Shown here in pieces: positions 11,767-23,647 of a stretch of DNA of 64,000 bases. Both the position numbers and the translations under genes were made by a program. A model generated the notes under the pieces. It saw only the letters and a list, made by a program, of their open reading frames with translations. It was not told where the DNA came from and did not search any database. The stretch covers positions 106,717 to 170,716 of the forward strand of contig MU626280.1 in the NCBI GenBank assembly GCA_025603075.1. The letters are read 5' to 3'. The stretch is from Neoconidiobolus thromboides FSU 785. Lineage: Eukaryota > Fungi > Entomophthoromycota. The first letter of the stretch is position 1. Each line of letters begins with the position of its first letter.

Positions 11767-13707
11767 ATGTCGAAAGAACTTGAAATAATAAATTATTTAT
11801 TTACAAACAATAAAATCAATAAAGTTAAAATAAAACGAGAATGTAATAGTCAACTAAAATTAGAGATAAGGAAACTAGAACATAGAGTGAAAGAACTAGA
11901 AGCACAGGTATTCAATATATTTAACTTGGTTGAAGCTTTGGGTTCTTTTATTGATAATAATTTATTTCAATTATGTCCAAAATCATTTTTTCAGCATAAA
12001 AATACGGTCTTGGAATTGAAAAAATATTTAAAATGGGTTGCAAAGATGTTTAAATATAAGAATTTAGACAATTCAGAAGATCAAGCTTATTTAGATGAGT
12101 GCAGTATAAAAATGAAAACAAATCTTTTTTTGATCGAGGAATACATTGGTAGTCAATTTTTTGAGTTTTCTAATTTTACAAATTTAAGGAATCGAGCTGG
12201 AAGAGGGGCAGAACATGTTGGAACTTTACCAACTATTTTCGATTACGGATCGTTTTTAGAAATTAGTATACAACTACATGACTGCTTCGCTTATGGCTAT
12301 GGTATTCACTTTAAACCTAACGAATTAATTCCATATATAAAACAATTAAAACCAAATTTCATATCAAGAGTACTAATTACTTCACTAAGCTTTGGCTATT
12401 CATTTTTACCGGGTTGTGAATTTGAAGAAATTTATCATACGTGTTTAAATAGCATGGTCCCACTGATTTCCGAAGCTTGTGATAATTCTAGTTTTGAAAG
12501 CCTTAAAGCATTATGCTTATTATATGATGTTTCTTTAGTGCAGGGCAATCATAGTTTATCTCATCGGATTCTAAGTTCAATTGTAAGAATGTCATACATA
12601 TTAGGAATCGATAAATTGAGAATCGATGAAATAGATTCTAAGAGCAAAAGTGGAGATAATCCTATTATTAAATTAAAGAATCTATGGTCGTGGATTGTCA
12701 TTTCTTGCAAAATCAATGAAGTATTCTATGACACTTTACCTCTCATTAGAGAATACGACCTATCGGAATCAGAACCTATTTACTATTTAAATATAAATCA
12801 ATTAGATAAAACCGACAATGAAATAAAAGACTGCAAAGAAGTCTTTTCAGTGCATACAATTCAAGAAGGCTTGATGCTTTCATTAATATTTGACCATCTT
12901 GTGAAAAACACAAAAGGGATTAATGACATGAGTTGTGTTCCATATTCCAAATCAATTTTACCAGGCGACAAGTTCAACCTTATTCAAGGGTATTTTAGTG
13001 AATATCAGAGGAGCTCATCTAAGTCATTGGCCGCTATTATTAACAATAGCAATAAAGCTATAAATTTAGACCATCATTTATGTAGTTTCCCCAATAACTA
13101 TTGTTGCACATTTAAAACAATTCACGAAATTACAAAAAGTTTATCAATTTATATTTATCAGCTATTTATAATGTACCCAACTATGATCAAGGTTCCTAGT
13201 CAAGTGGATATTCCACTAAGTTACGTACCGACTTTGTTGGAATCTTCATTAAAAACAATATTAATATTTAGAGCTTTAACTTTTGTATACTTTAAGGAGT
13301 TAGTAGAGAAAATGGACTCAAATAACTTACAAAATCAGCAGGTATTTAGGGCAATTACCAACTATTTAGAAAATCGTTCTGATCCTATTATCAAAGATAA
13401 CAAATCCATATACTTGACAACAACTCGACTTGTAGGATTCAAATACCCAATATTTGCTGCTAATACTTTATTGCAAGTGCTTTCTTCTCCCTATATTCTT
13501 ACTTCAGGCTTAATTAGTAACGAAGTTATTCATACAATTGAAACAAATATTATTGAGCTACTTGAAATATATAAATTGATCACGAAACTCACCAGAGATA
13601 ATGATAGGATGGATATAGACTATGCTCTTACTAGACTGAAATCAGCTATCAATTCTTCTGAGCTACCTAGGAGCTATAAAACTGCATTTAATGACGTGCT
13701 TTGCTAA
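11767..13707 (+). CDS. Gal4-type fungal transcription factor (middle homology region), no Zn2Cys6 cluster seen
   Basis: Intronless 646-aa ORF; N-terminal Leu heptad; SLKALCLLYD..G...ILSSIVRMSYILGID...LWSWIVISCKINE resembles the fungal TF MHR. Confidence 0.6.
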   Translation: MSKELEIINYLFTNNKINKVKIKRECNSQLKLEIRKLEHRVKELEAQVFNIFNLVEALGSFIDNNLFQLCPKSFFQHKNTVLELKKYLKWVAKMFKYKNLDNSEDQAYLDECSIKMKTNLFLIEEYIGSQFFEFSNFTNLRNRAGRGAEHVGTLPTIFDYGSFLEISIQLHDCFAYGYGIHFKPNELIPYIKQLKPNFISRVLITSLSFGYSFLPGCEFEEIYHTCLNSMVPLISEACDNSSFESLKALCLLYDVSLVQGNHSLSHRILSSIVRMSYILGIDKLRIDEIDSKSKSGDNPIIKLKNLWSWIVISCKINEVFYDTLPLIREYDLSESEPIYYLNINQLDKTDNEIKDCKEVFSVHTIQEGLMLSLIFDHLVKNTKGINDMSCVPYSKSILPGDKFNLIQGYFSEYQRSSSKSLAAIINNSNKAINLDHHLCSFPNNYCCTFKTIHEITKSLSIYIYQLFIMYPTMIKVPSQVDIPLSYVPTLLESSLKTILIFRALTFVYFKELVEKMDSNNLQNQQVFRAITNYLENRSDPIIKDNKSIYLTTTRLVGFKYPIFAANTLLQVLSSPYILTSGLISNEVIHTIETNIIELLEIYKLITKLTRDNDRMDIDYALTRLKSAINSSELPRSYKTAFNDVLC

Positions 13708-14790
13708 ATAGTTTGAATACCTCTACTTGATAAATCATGATATTTAAATAACTATATTTCGTATATTACTAGTGGTATAAAATTAGTTATTTAATTTTCA
13801 TTTTATTGATAAATTTTATATTTATAACTTGTACGTTTATAGTTTTATGTATTTATTATACATCTTTTTATAATCAATTCAAAGTCTAAAACAATAGAGC
13901 AGAAGCTGCTATCCATATACCATAGTTTAAACATTGAACCATTTGAATTTTATTTAGAAAATGAATACATATACATTCTTGTCAAGATTGTCTGAATGCT
14001 TTTCGAAAAATGTCTAATTTTGATAAATGTATATTTTGCTAGTTTTATATCTAATCTAACATTAGAATTTCCTTTACTTTGCTTCAAGCACTTGACTGCA
14101 TATAGGATAATTTACCAGTAAAAAGGAATAAGGAGTAGTAAGTATATACTCAAACTTTGACTCCATTTAATTTAAATTAAAACAAAAAGTAGTTACTTCA
14201 AGGTTTGAGAAAGAAGCTAAAACAAGTAGAAACTCAGGAAAAAGAATAGATGGGAATGTTTCTTATCTATTACTCTTTGTTTTTAAAATTTGGAAATTAT
14301 TTAACCAATGCAGCTGTCTAAGTTCAAATGTGCACTGAAAAATAATGAATTTTATAGCTAGCTATTTACTTTATTATACTGATTTGAAGATTACTAGCTT
14401 TGTTTTATTTCAAAATCAGCAGTTAACTAGCATACATCCAAGCTTAAATAGTATACTGATTAATTAATCTCTAAATTTAAAAAATAGCAAAAAACAATTG
14501 GTAAAAAATGTCCTTAAATACATGATTAATTATGATTTATTTTATGAAACCTTATTCATATATAATATGATTATTAAATATAATAATATTTTATTTTATA
14601 ATTATTATTGTTTTTTGACAAAACTTTAGTTTATTGCTTTTATTTAGAATTTAAAATTTTTAATACATAATTTTTAGATATTCAGTAATGAAAAAAGGAT
14701 ATTGAGCAGCTTTAAAAATGTGTTATATACACTTTGAAAATTATAAGCTAAAAAATTATTATAGTTTAGATAATTCAAAATGGGTGATAT

Positions 14791-14888
14791 GGGGATGTAT
14801 TTTTGTGTTTAAGAAATTTGCTAAGAAATTTTCCACTTAAATAGCGCTTAAAAAATGAAAAAAGTAATGAAGTCAAAAAAACACTCCC
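14791..14888 (+). mobile_element. MITE copy
   Basis: Matches consensus; flanks ATAT/ATAT. Confidence 0.9.
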
Positions 14889-15130
14889 ATATTATTATCA
14901 AAGTTTAAATTTATATCATTGCTATTAATGCTTATATCAAAAAATTTAATTAATTTAACTAAATTAGAATTACTAATCACTGTTTTGATATTTTTATTAT
15001 AGTATATAAAATTATATATTTTAGTTGTTTTAATTTGGTTTAAATATTTTTCAATTTGTTTTCATAGTTTATTTAAACTAGTTCTTTTGGCTTTATTAAT
15101 TTAACAATATTATTACTATCTTTAATATAT

Positions 15131-15227
15131 AGGGGTATCTCTTTGTATTTAAGAATTTTACTAACAATCTTTCCACTTAAATAGTGTTTAAAAAATGGAA
15201 AAATAATGAAATCAAAAAAACATCCCC
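15131..15227 (+). mobile_element. MITE copy
   Basis: Matches consensus; flanks ATAT/ATAT. Confidence 0.9.
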
Positions 15228-15264
15228 ATATCATAGCTGTTATTGCTTAAATTTATGTTTACAT

Positions 15265-15363
15265 AGGAATGTTTTTTTTGGGTTGATTACTTTTTCCATT
15301 TTTTAAGCACTATTTAAGTGGAAAGATTGTTAGTAAAATTCTTAAATACAAAAATACATCCCC
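15265..15363 (-). mobile_element. MITE copy (reverse)
   Basis: Reverse match; flanks ACAT/ATAT; inverted relative to the copy at 15131. Confidence 0.9.
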
Positions 15364-15853
15364 ATATGATACCATATCATATGATACTATTACACCTATA
15401 GTTAATACACTCTCTTATATATCAATCTAAGCTAAATATGTAGTAGTTATTATAACAGTAAATTTTGTTAGCTAACACATATTTAGTGTAACTAATTTTA
15501 CTAGTTTAAAAATATTTACATTAAGATTAATTTAATTCAAACATATAAAAGTTTAAAATGTGTATAAAATACGAAGATCAAGCAAGTACATATTATATAC
15601 CAGTTCAGATTTAATGTTTTTTTGCATTAATTGGTATGTGATATTAGGAATAACAATGACTTTAGGGCCATTAAACGGATTATTCCAAAGTCCTATTGTT
15701 TTTAATTATTAATGAAATTTAATACTAACTATAAAGTATTTTTGAAGTAAATGCTAAGAAAATTAAAAAATTTGGTTGCTTTTTAGAATTGAATATTTAT
15801 TATCAAATTAAACTTTCATTTGGAAATAAAATGTAGTAATTTAGAAAACAAAT

Positions 15854-15955
15854 GGGGATGTATATATTTTTATATTTAAGAATTTTACTAATAAATTTTC
15901 TACTCAAATAGCGCTTAAAAATGAAAAAAGTAATAAAGTCAAAAAAAACACTCAC
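15854..15955 (+). mobile_element. MITE copy
   Basis: Matches consensus; direct flanks AAAT/AAAT. Confidence 0.85.
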
Positions 15956-16308
15956 AAATTATCATATTTAGCAATTAGATAAGTTTTAAAACCTTTATAA
16001 ATAACGTTATTTTTTGAACCGGTTAACATTGTTTTCCTCAAAATTAATCGACTTATAATGCTTTAAAATAACTATTTTGCTATCATAACCTTACCAATCC
16101 GCTATTAGTTGCTTATAAACTTTGAGTTGAGTTGTTCAAATATTACTTCAATTGTTTAAGTAGATTTTTTTCCAATTACTCATTGATTTTAAGCTGGAAA
16201 ATAATTTTATGGGATATTTCGAAAAATCCAACTTTTTTAATTCACACTAAAAATTGACTAATTGAAAAAATAAATTGATATTTTAATAGAATTAAAAAAT
16301 ACATTATA

Positions 16309-17058
16309 ATGTTAAAATCCGTAGTTACTATAAGATCTCAATTAACTAAGGTAAATAACAAATAAGAGATAGTTTTAATAAGAAAGTTCAATTTTAATTT
16401 TTAAATAATCTAGATTAACAAACCTTTATTAACAAAATGGAACTTGAATGGTAATTTAATTCGAGTATAAAACAAAGTTAATTAAACTAACCTTTTCAAT
16501 ATTTAGTTAATACTGTATCAAAGCCATTGTATCAATCATTAAATCATTTAGCCACTGCATCTACATCTTCAACAATAGAAAAGAGTAACATTCAATTGAT
16601 TCAATAATCTGTAAAAATATTAATTGATTTAACTAGCTCCTTTACCATCTTCATCCAGTACCAACGCTATCAATTTCAGTCATGAAACCAAACAATTAAT
16701 TAACAAACTTCGTTCACAAAACAAATACTATGCAGTCTTAAAAATCAAGGGAAAACGATATACAGTCACCGAAAATGATACCATTGTATTAGGCTATTCA
16801 TCCGAATTAAAATTAGGAGATAAATTAAGAATGGAACAAGTTACGGAATTAGGTAGTAAAGATTATTCCATTATTGGTGCTCCTTTTGTAAGTGAGAAAT
16901 TGTATGAGATTGAAGGTACAGTGGTAGAGCACACTCAAGGACCTGAGATTAATATTGTTAAGTTTAAAAAAAGAAAAGGATATCGTAGAGAATATAATTA
17001 TAGAAATCATTATACTTTGATTAAAGTTAGTAAATTAGAAGTTAATAAAATGGAGTAG
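16309..17058 (+). CDS. MRPL21: Mitochondrial ribosomal protein bL21m
   Basis: Presequence-like MLKSVVTIRSQLTK, three introns, then YYAVLKIKGKRYTVTENDTIV...GTVVEHTQGPEINIVKFKKRKGYRR (L21 signature). Confidence 0.85.
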
Positions 17059-17308
17059 AGAATGAAATAAAAACAAAATCAGTTTATATTATAGCATGAT
17101 GTTAATGTTATATTTATGATTTTTTATTTTAGTAATATTGATAGACTACTTTAATTATTATTATTACAATACTAATAAAAATGAATTATTGAATCCCCTT
17201 AAAGGGGTAAAAGCTAAAATATGGGGTAAAATAGAAAGGGGGTAGATAACGAAAAAGTATATAAACAATCAAAGTTAAAAACTTATTAAACTCTATATTT
17301 TGAAAATT

Positions 17309-18774
17309 ATGAAAACACTTCAACTATCTTACATTTTATTTTTAATACCAATATTAATCCCTCCAATTTTAACCTATGAATTTAATTTAGATGAGAACCA
17401 GACTCACTATAATATCTTTTTTGCCAGTTTCACCGGAAGTCAAAGTCATGTCAAAGGTATTCTGAATTTAGGTTATGAATTACAACAAGTAGGTCATAAA
17501 TTCAGTTTACTCACCACACCAAAACGAATGAAATGGGGTAATAAATACAATATCACTAGTTATTCTATTGGAAAAGATGAGTCTACTGCGCTATTTTCAA
17601 GAGTTAAAAAATATGAAGAAAAGAATTCAGGAGAATTTAATACAGATGACTTTTTTGCTAAAGACATTGATGAGTTAGTCATTAAGCCTTATGAGTATGC
17701 ATTTATGGAATTGAAGGAAATAGTGGATAAAGAGAATCCAGATTTGATAATATGTGATTTTATAAGTGTAGTATGTATGGATATTGCAAGTATTTTAAAA
17801 GTACCTATGATAATCACATTTCAAAGTATTGATTTTGGTAATGTTATTATTAATGACTATATTAGCTTAGTTAGTGAATATGATAAATTAAGTATTAAAG
17901 AGATGAATATTTTTGATCGATTTTATCATTTTTTTTGGGTTAAAATTATGAAATATTATTATTATTTTCCAGTTATTAGTAAATTGAAAGCAATGAAGAA
18001 CAAGTTTAATGTCCCCTTTTCAATTGCTACTATTAAAGGAAATTTTCAACAAGGACTCATTTGGGCGAATACCTTTTGGGGTTATGAAATACCAAGATAT
18101 TTGCCACCTAATATTCAATTAATTGGCCCTATCAAAGATGCATTAGAAGATACTAAACAAGTAGAAGAAGTAGATAGATTTTTAGTAGATAAACAAAAAG
18201 TAATTTATATATCTTTTGGTACTAATTTAATATTATCCGATATAGAATTTAATTTAATTTATCAACAATTAAATCAATTAATTAAAAATAATTTAATTGA
18301 TGGAGTTATATGGTCATTAACTAATACTAAATTAAGTGATAAAGATAATAAAAAAGAAAATAATAAGAAAGAAAATAATAAGAGTATATTATTTATAAAT
18401 TATTTAAATCAACCGTTATTATTAAATAATAATAAAATAATATTATTTATTACTCATTCAGGATTAGAGTCTATATTTGAATCAATACAATCAAATACAC
18501 CCATGTTAAATTTGCCATTTTATTTTGATCAACCAAGGAATAGTTTTAAAAATGATAGAATTCAAATTAGCGAAACAATATTAAAATATCAACTGTTGAA
18601 AGATAATAATATATTATATGATAAGTTAAAATTAATGTTAAATAATTTAAATTATTATAAAAGTTATTTAAACTTATTAAATCATTTAATTAAAATTAGT
18701 CAGAAAGATAATCAATTATTAATTCAAGATTTAATTAATTATATTATTTTAGCTAAAAAATGTAGAAAATTAGA

Positions 18775-18836
<62 letters not shown>

Positions 18837-19054
18837 TACATCCTTATTTCATTCCACCTTGTGAAATAGTTCCATTTCAATCTATAAGTGATCATATTAA
18901 TCCAATTATACTTCACCATTTAGATATTAAATTATTGTTATTTTTATCTTTCTTTACTTTCATTTACTTCCTTGGTAAACTAATTATCTATATAAAATTA
19001 ATATTGTTCAATTCCCAATCTAATATTACTATGGATAAAAACAAACAAGAATAA
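17309..19054 (+). CDS. GT1 UDP-glycosyltransferase with signal peptide and C-terminal TM helix
   Basis: GSQSHV, PDLIICDF, IQLIGPI, VIYISFGT, 44-aa UGT box YLNQ...FITHSGLESIFESI...PFYFDQ; first ATG at 17309; intronless. Confidence 0.9.
18776..18832 (+). repeat. (AAT)19 microsatellite encoding poly-Asn in the UGT
   Basis: 57 bp perfect AAT run, in frame. Confidence 0.95.
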
Positions 19055-19143
19055 AATATACATGTTCCTATTTTTAATTATAATATTTAATAATTTTATT
19101 TCTATATTTTTATAACAATAATAATAATAACTAATCCCCTTGT

Positions 19144-22100
19144 TTAAGCTATTATCTTTCTTTTCACAGTAAATTTCTCATCTTCATCTACTTTTTTATT
19201 TTCTATCTCACCAAAGAAATTACTAGTTTGATTAAGTTGTATATTTCTTTGTAAAAATTTTAAACCAGCTAAATTATAGCCAATAGCATCCTAAAATTAA
19301 AAATATAATTAATATCATAGGTTTATTATTATTGAATAATAATGATTACCTTTTGTCGATTTAAACTTAATCTTAAACCTTCTTTAATTTGTTCCAAAAG
19401 TACTTTTAATACTTTGTTAGATACAATTTGTTGATGATAAACTTTTAATAATATATTTAACATTCTACTAATTAATGAAATACACCAATCCTATTTAAAA
19501 GTAGTAATAGATTAGATTAAATTTAAGTCTTTTTGTTTTATATTGATGTTTACCTTAGTAACCCAATTAGGCACTAATTTTAATAAAGAAATAACTTTAT
19601 CAAATGGAAGTACTAATAAAGCATCTTCCAAATCACTTGACTTGATTTTACGTATTACATTTAACACATATTGACTACCATCCATTTTCAATGCTGCTAA
19701 AATAGGATGTTGAGGTGGAGCTATACTTTTTTGTCCTTTTTCAAGCATCTAATAATATAATGTAAATTTGATATTAATATATCATATACATTTAACTCTA
19801 TGATTTAGATCTTGTTTTAATTTACCTTATTATATTCCTCCCAATCACTAATTTCTCTATCTGAAATTTCTAAGGCTTCAATGATTAATTCACCACCCTT
19901 TAAACTTTGCATTGTTTGTAAAGTTGGTTTTGAACTTTCTTCCAATTCATTGATATCCTCTTCATTTTCTTTACTATTCTTTTTTTTATTATCCAATATA
20001 CTAGCTTCAAATAATTCTTCTAGTTCTTTTTCCTTTTCTTCTTCTAAAAATAACTAAAATAATTTTATATTAATCTTCAATTATAATTGTATTATTATGA
20101 ATATTCTCTTACTGGCTCATCTGTTCTTTCCCAAACTCTAATAGATCTATCTGCTGACCCAGTGACTAAAAAAGTACCATATTGAGATAAGGCCATACAC
20201 CAAATTTCATTATGATGACCCTCTAATTTCATTATGTTTTCAAACTAAAGAAATAACAATTAGTTATCATTTTATTATAACATACATTAAATAAATTAAA
20301 CCAAACTTACTTTATCCCCATCCCAATATTTAATCAATTTATCTTTTGAACAAGAAAAGAAATAATGCGTATCTTTAACGAACTTAACTGTTGTAATAGC
20401 TTCTTGGTGAGCAAATAAAGATTTATGACAATCACCAAAATCTAAACCCCATATTTTTATATTTTTATCTGCTGAGGAAGTTACAATTAAATGATTATCT
20501 GTTGAAATATCCATGCTTAATACAGGTAACTAATAGAAATAAATTGGTTTTAAATAATAATTATTAAATAGTAAATGACCTACCTTATGACCATATAAAG
20601 ATAAAAATAACTTTAAAGAATCTGTAAAAAACACTTTAACCGTAGTATCAATCATAGAAACTGCTAACAACTTTTGATCTGGCGAATATAACACACATAA
20701 CACATCATCAGTCATTTGTAATGTTTTACTATGAGTTAAAGTTAATTGACGAGTAACTCGATCAGTGCCGTCCTAATATAAAATGATATAAGTAAATAAA
20801 AGTTTGATTTTTTTTATAATTTTTATAATTTACATCTATTTCTACTACTTTGGTATCTAAATCCCAAAATTTAACATCTTTGTCAGCAGACCCAGTTACA
20901 AATCCGTTTTTGTCTGGAGCTACATGAATGGACCAAATGCTTGCTTCATGAGCTTCAACTGATTCAATTAAACTAGCTGATGCTACATCAAATAATTCTA
21001 AATGTCCACTTTTTGTTCCTACTACAACCTAAATTAAAAATAAAAATATTAATAAAATTTCACCTTATTATATAAAGTGAATAATCCTCACTTACATGCC
21101 TATCCCCTGGTAAGAAGGTACAACAAACCGCAATACCACATTCAATCGTACGGATGCAAGTATTTGATTTTAAATTCCATATTTTTAATTCATTATTGGA
21201 ACATGTAGCTAATAATTCATCATCTGAAGACATGGACATACTTCTAATATCGGATCGATGCCCTGGCATTTCTAAAGAGTATATACATTGTGCTTCGTTA
21301 TCCTCTTCTTTTTTAACATTTAATGGACTTGTATGAACTTGTATTAAATTATTGTTTAATCCAATTAATAATTGCATAGTTCCTTTACGAATCATATCGA
21401 CATTGGGTAGTATATCAAAAGATTTGATTTTATCTTCACATGTGATACTATTGATTGTTAAGAATAAATCACTTGCTAATATATCGCTTTCTTTAACATC
21501 ATTGATATTTACTCCTTCAGCTAATTTATTTTTTTCTTTTAATCTCCTTAATCTACGAGTGATTTTCTTCTTGACTTCATCCATGGTACGGATTTTTTGG
21601 ATTTCAATTGTTTTATCAGAACCCTAACAATATAAAAAACAAATTAGTATTTTTTATCAATTATTCAAAATAAATTAATTTTTACCCAAATAACCAAATA
21701 TTGTTTTGTACAGTCTAACATAATACCCATGACTTTATCTTTACTTGATCTTTCTACTTCACCATATAATTTTACTATTGAAGTTTCCTCTAAATCCAAT
21801 TCCAACACAGATTTGTCTAAAAGTTGAACATCTAATTTCCATAATTTTAAGTTTTGTTCATTTGAACCTGTAAATAACCAGTTTCTATTTGCATCGAAAT
21901 ACATACTATTAACTTCTGTTTTATGGGCGATTATAGTTTGTATACAATGTTGTGTGGTTAGATCCCATACTTTTATTAAACTATCTTTCGCTCCAGAGAT
22001 CAAATATTCCTTATCCCCAATAAAACTTACTTGCGTGATTTGGTTACGATGTCCTTTTAATCTATTTATTTTATTTATTGTTATCTACCTTCTTTTTATT

Positions 22101-22660
22101 GATGTTAATTTAAATTACCTATATAACCCACTTTCATTAACAATATCCCAAACAATAATATCTGTATCTTTAGAACCAGATACTAATCTTAATGCATTTG
22201 TATCAAATTCTAAATAAGTAACTTCACTATGATGTCCATTAAATACGATCACACACTCATGAGTTGAGATATCCCAGATACGAATAACACCATTGGTATA
22301 ACTAGTAAATGGGAACGTTAATTTTTTATTCTATAATAGTTATAATAAAAAACTTTACCCAGCCGCAAGTAATCTAGCATCATTGCTTTTAGTCAAAAAT
22401 GATACTTCATGCTTAATATCTGGATCGGCGAAAGTAGCTATCTATAAAATTAAAGAGATTAGAAATTCAAATTCTTATTTTAAAAAAAGTTATCAACTGT
22501 TACTCACCTCCACTCCCTTTTTAATATCCCATAATTTAATACTTTCTAAAGCTGGAAGGAAGGCGAGTTTGCCGCTATTGTCATGGATCACATTAGATTT
22601 ATACGAATTGATGATACCAAAGGTACTAGTTGGTACATATTTTAAATATTGTTTGACCAT
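19144..22660 (-). CDS. UTP12: U3 snoRNP WD40 protein Utp12/Dip2 (WDR3)
   Basis: [17 protein letters not shown] start; many WD repeats ([51 protein letters not shown]); C-terminal [22 protein letters not shown]; many introns. Confidence 0.92.
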
Positions 22661-23647
22661 TTTTTAGAGAACTTCTATTTCTATTTATCTATTTGAATTA
22701 CGCTTGTTGATGTTATCTATTGGAACTTGAGTACGTATTTTTTATAAACTTTAAGCTGTTGAATAATAGTCTATAAAAGTTTCCTTTTTTTAATAAAATT
22801 GAAGGTTCAACTTTTATAAAAAAATATAGAAATGGTTTGAGTTCAAAATTTTAAATTTGTTTATTTCGAGATCAAAAAATTGCAGTATCTTTAAATAACT
22901 TATAGAAGATTTATTCTTAAAAATAAATTAATAGGCTTTATCATTTAAAAAATTATAATGCAGCTGTAACCTTAAAATGACACATTATATTTTCTATGTT
23001 ATTTTATACAGCTTACTATAATTTATTAATCATAACTTTTAACATTTGATATAAATTAATCTTTAAAAAGCCTTTAATGGTAATAAAAATATAGGAATGT
23101 TTTTTACTATTGTCCTTTTTTGTTATTTTTAAATTGAAATAATTAACCAATCCAGTTATCCAAGTTCGAGTATGTGTTAACTAGCAATGAATTTTATAAT
23201 TAGCTATTTATATTGTTGTGCTATTTTATCGTTTCATGCCTAATTTTTTATTATAAAATCAATAGTTAACTATACATGTTTAAGCTTGGACAACTATACC
23301 AGTTAATTAATTTTTAATTTTAAGTAGTAAAAATGGGCAATTGGTAAAAAAACATGAGAATGTTTTTTTAACTCATCAAGTTCAACAATATAACTGTTTA
23401 AACTCAAGAGTGTACTTTATAGTGATGATTTTTCTAATCAATATACTGTACTGTTACACTAATTTGAACCTTGATGTTTAAGTATTTATTTCTAAATGAA
23501 TAATCGATTGGTTCATATGTGGACTTAAATACCTTTAAACAAATCTATAGAGATTTAATATTATCATTAAATTATTAATACAAAACAGTTAATAAATAAC
23601 ATACAAATATACTCTAGTAATAAAATTTATTATTTTTCTTAATAGCC

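Noticed and set aside
17192-17245. CCCCT/AGGGG clusters upstream of the UGT (STRE-like)
   Set aside because: Short motifs; no evidence of Msn2/4-type regulation in this lineage from sequence alone.
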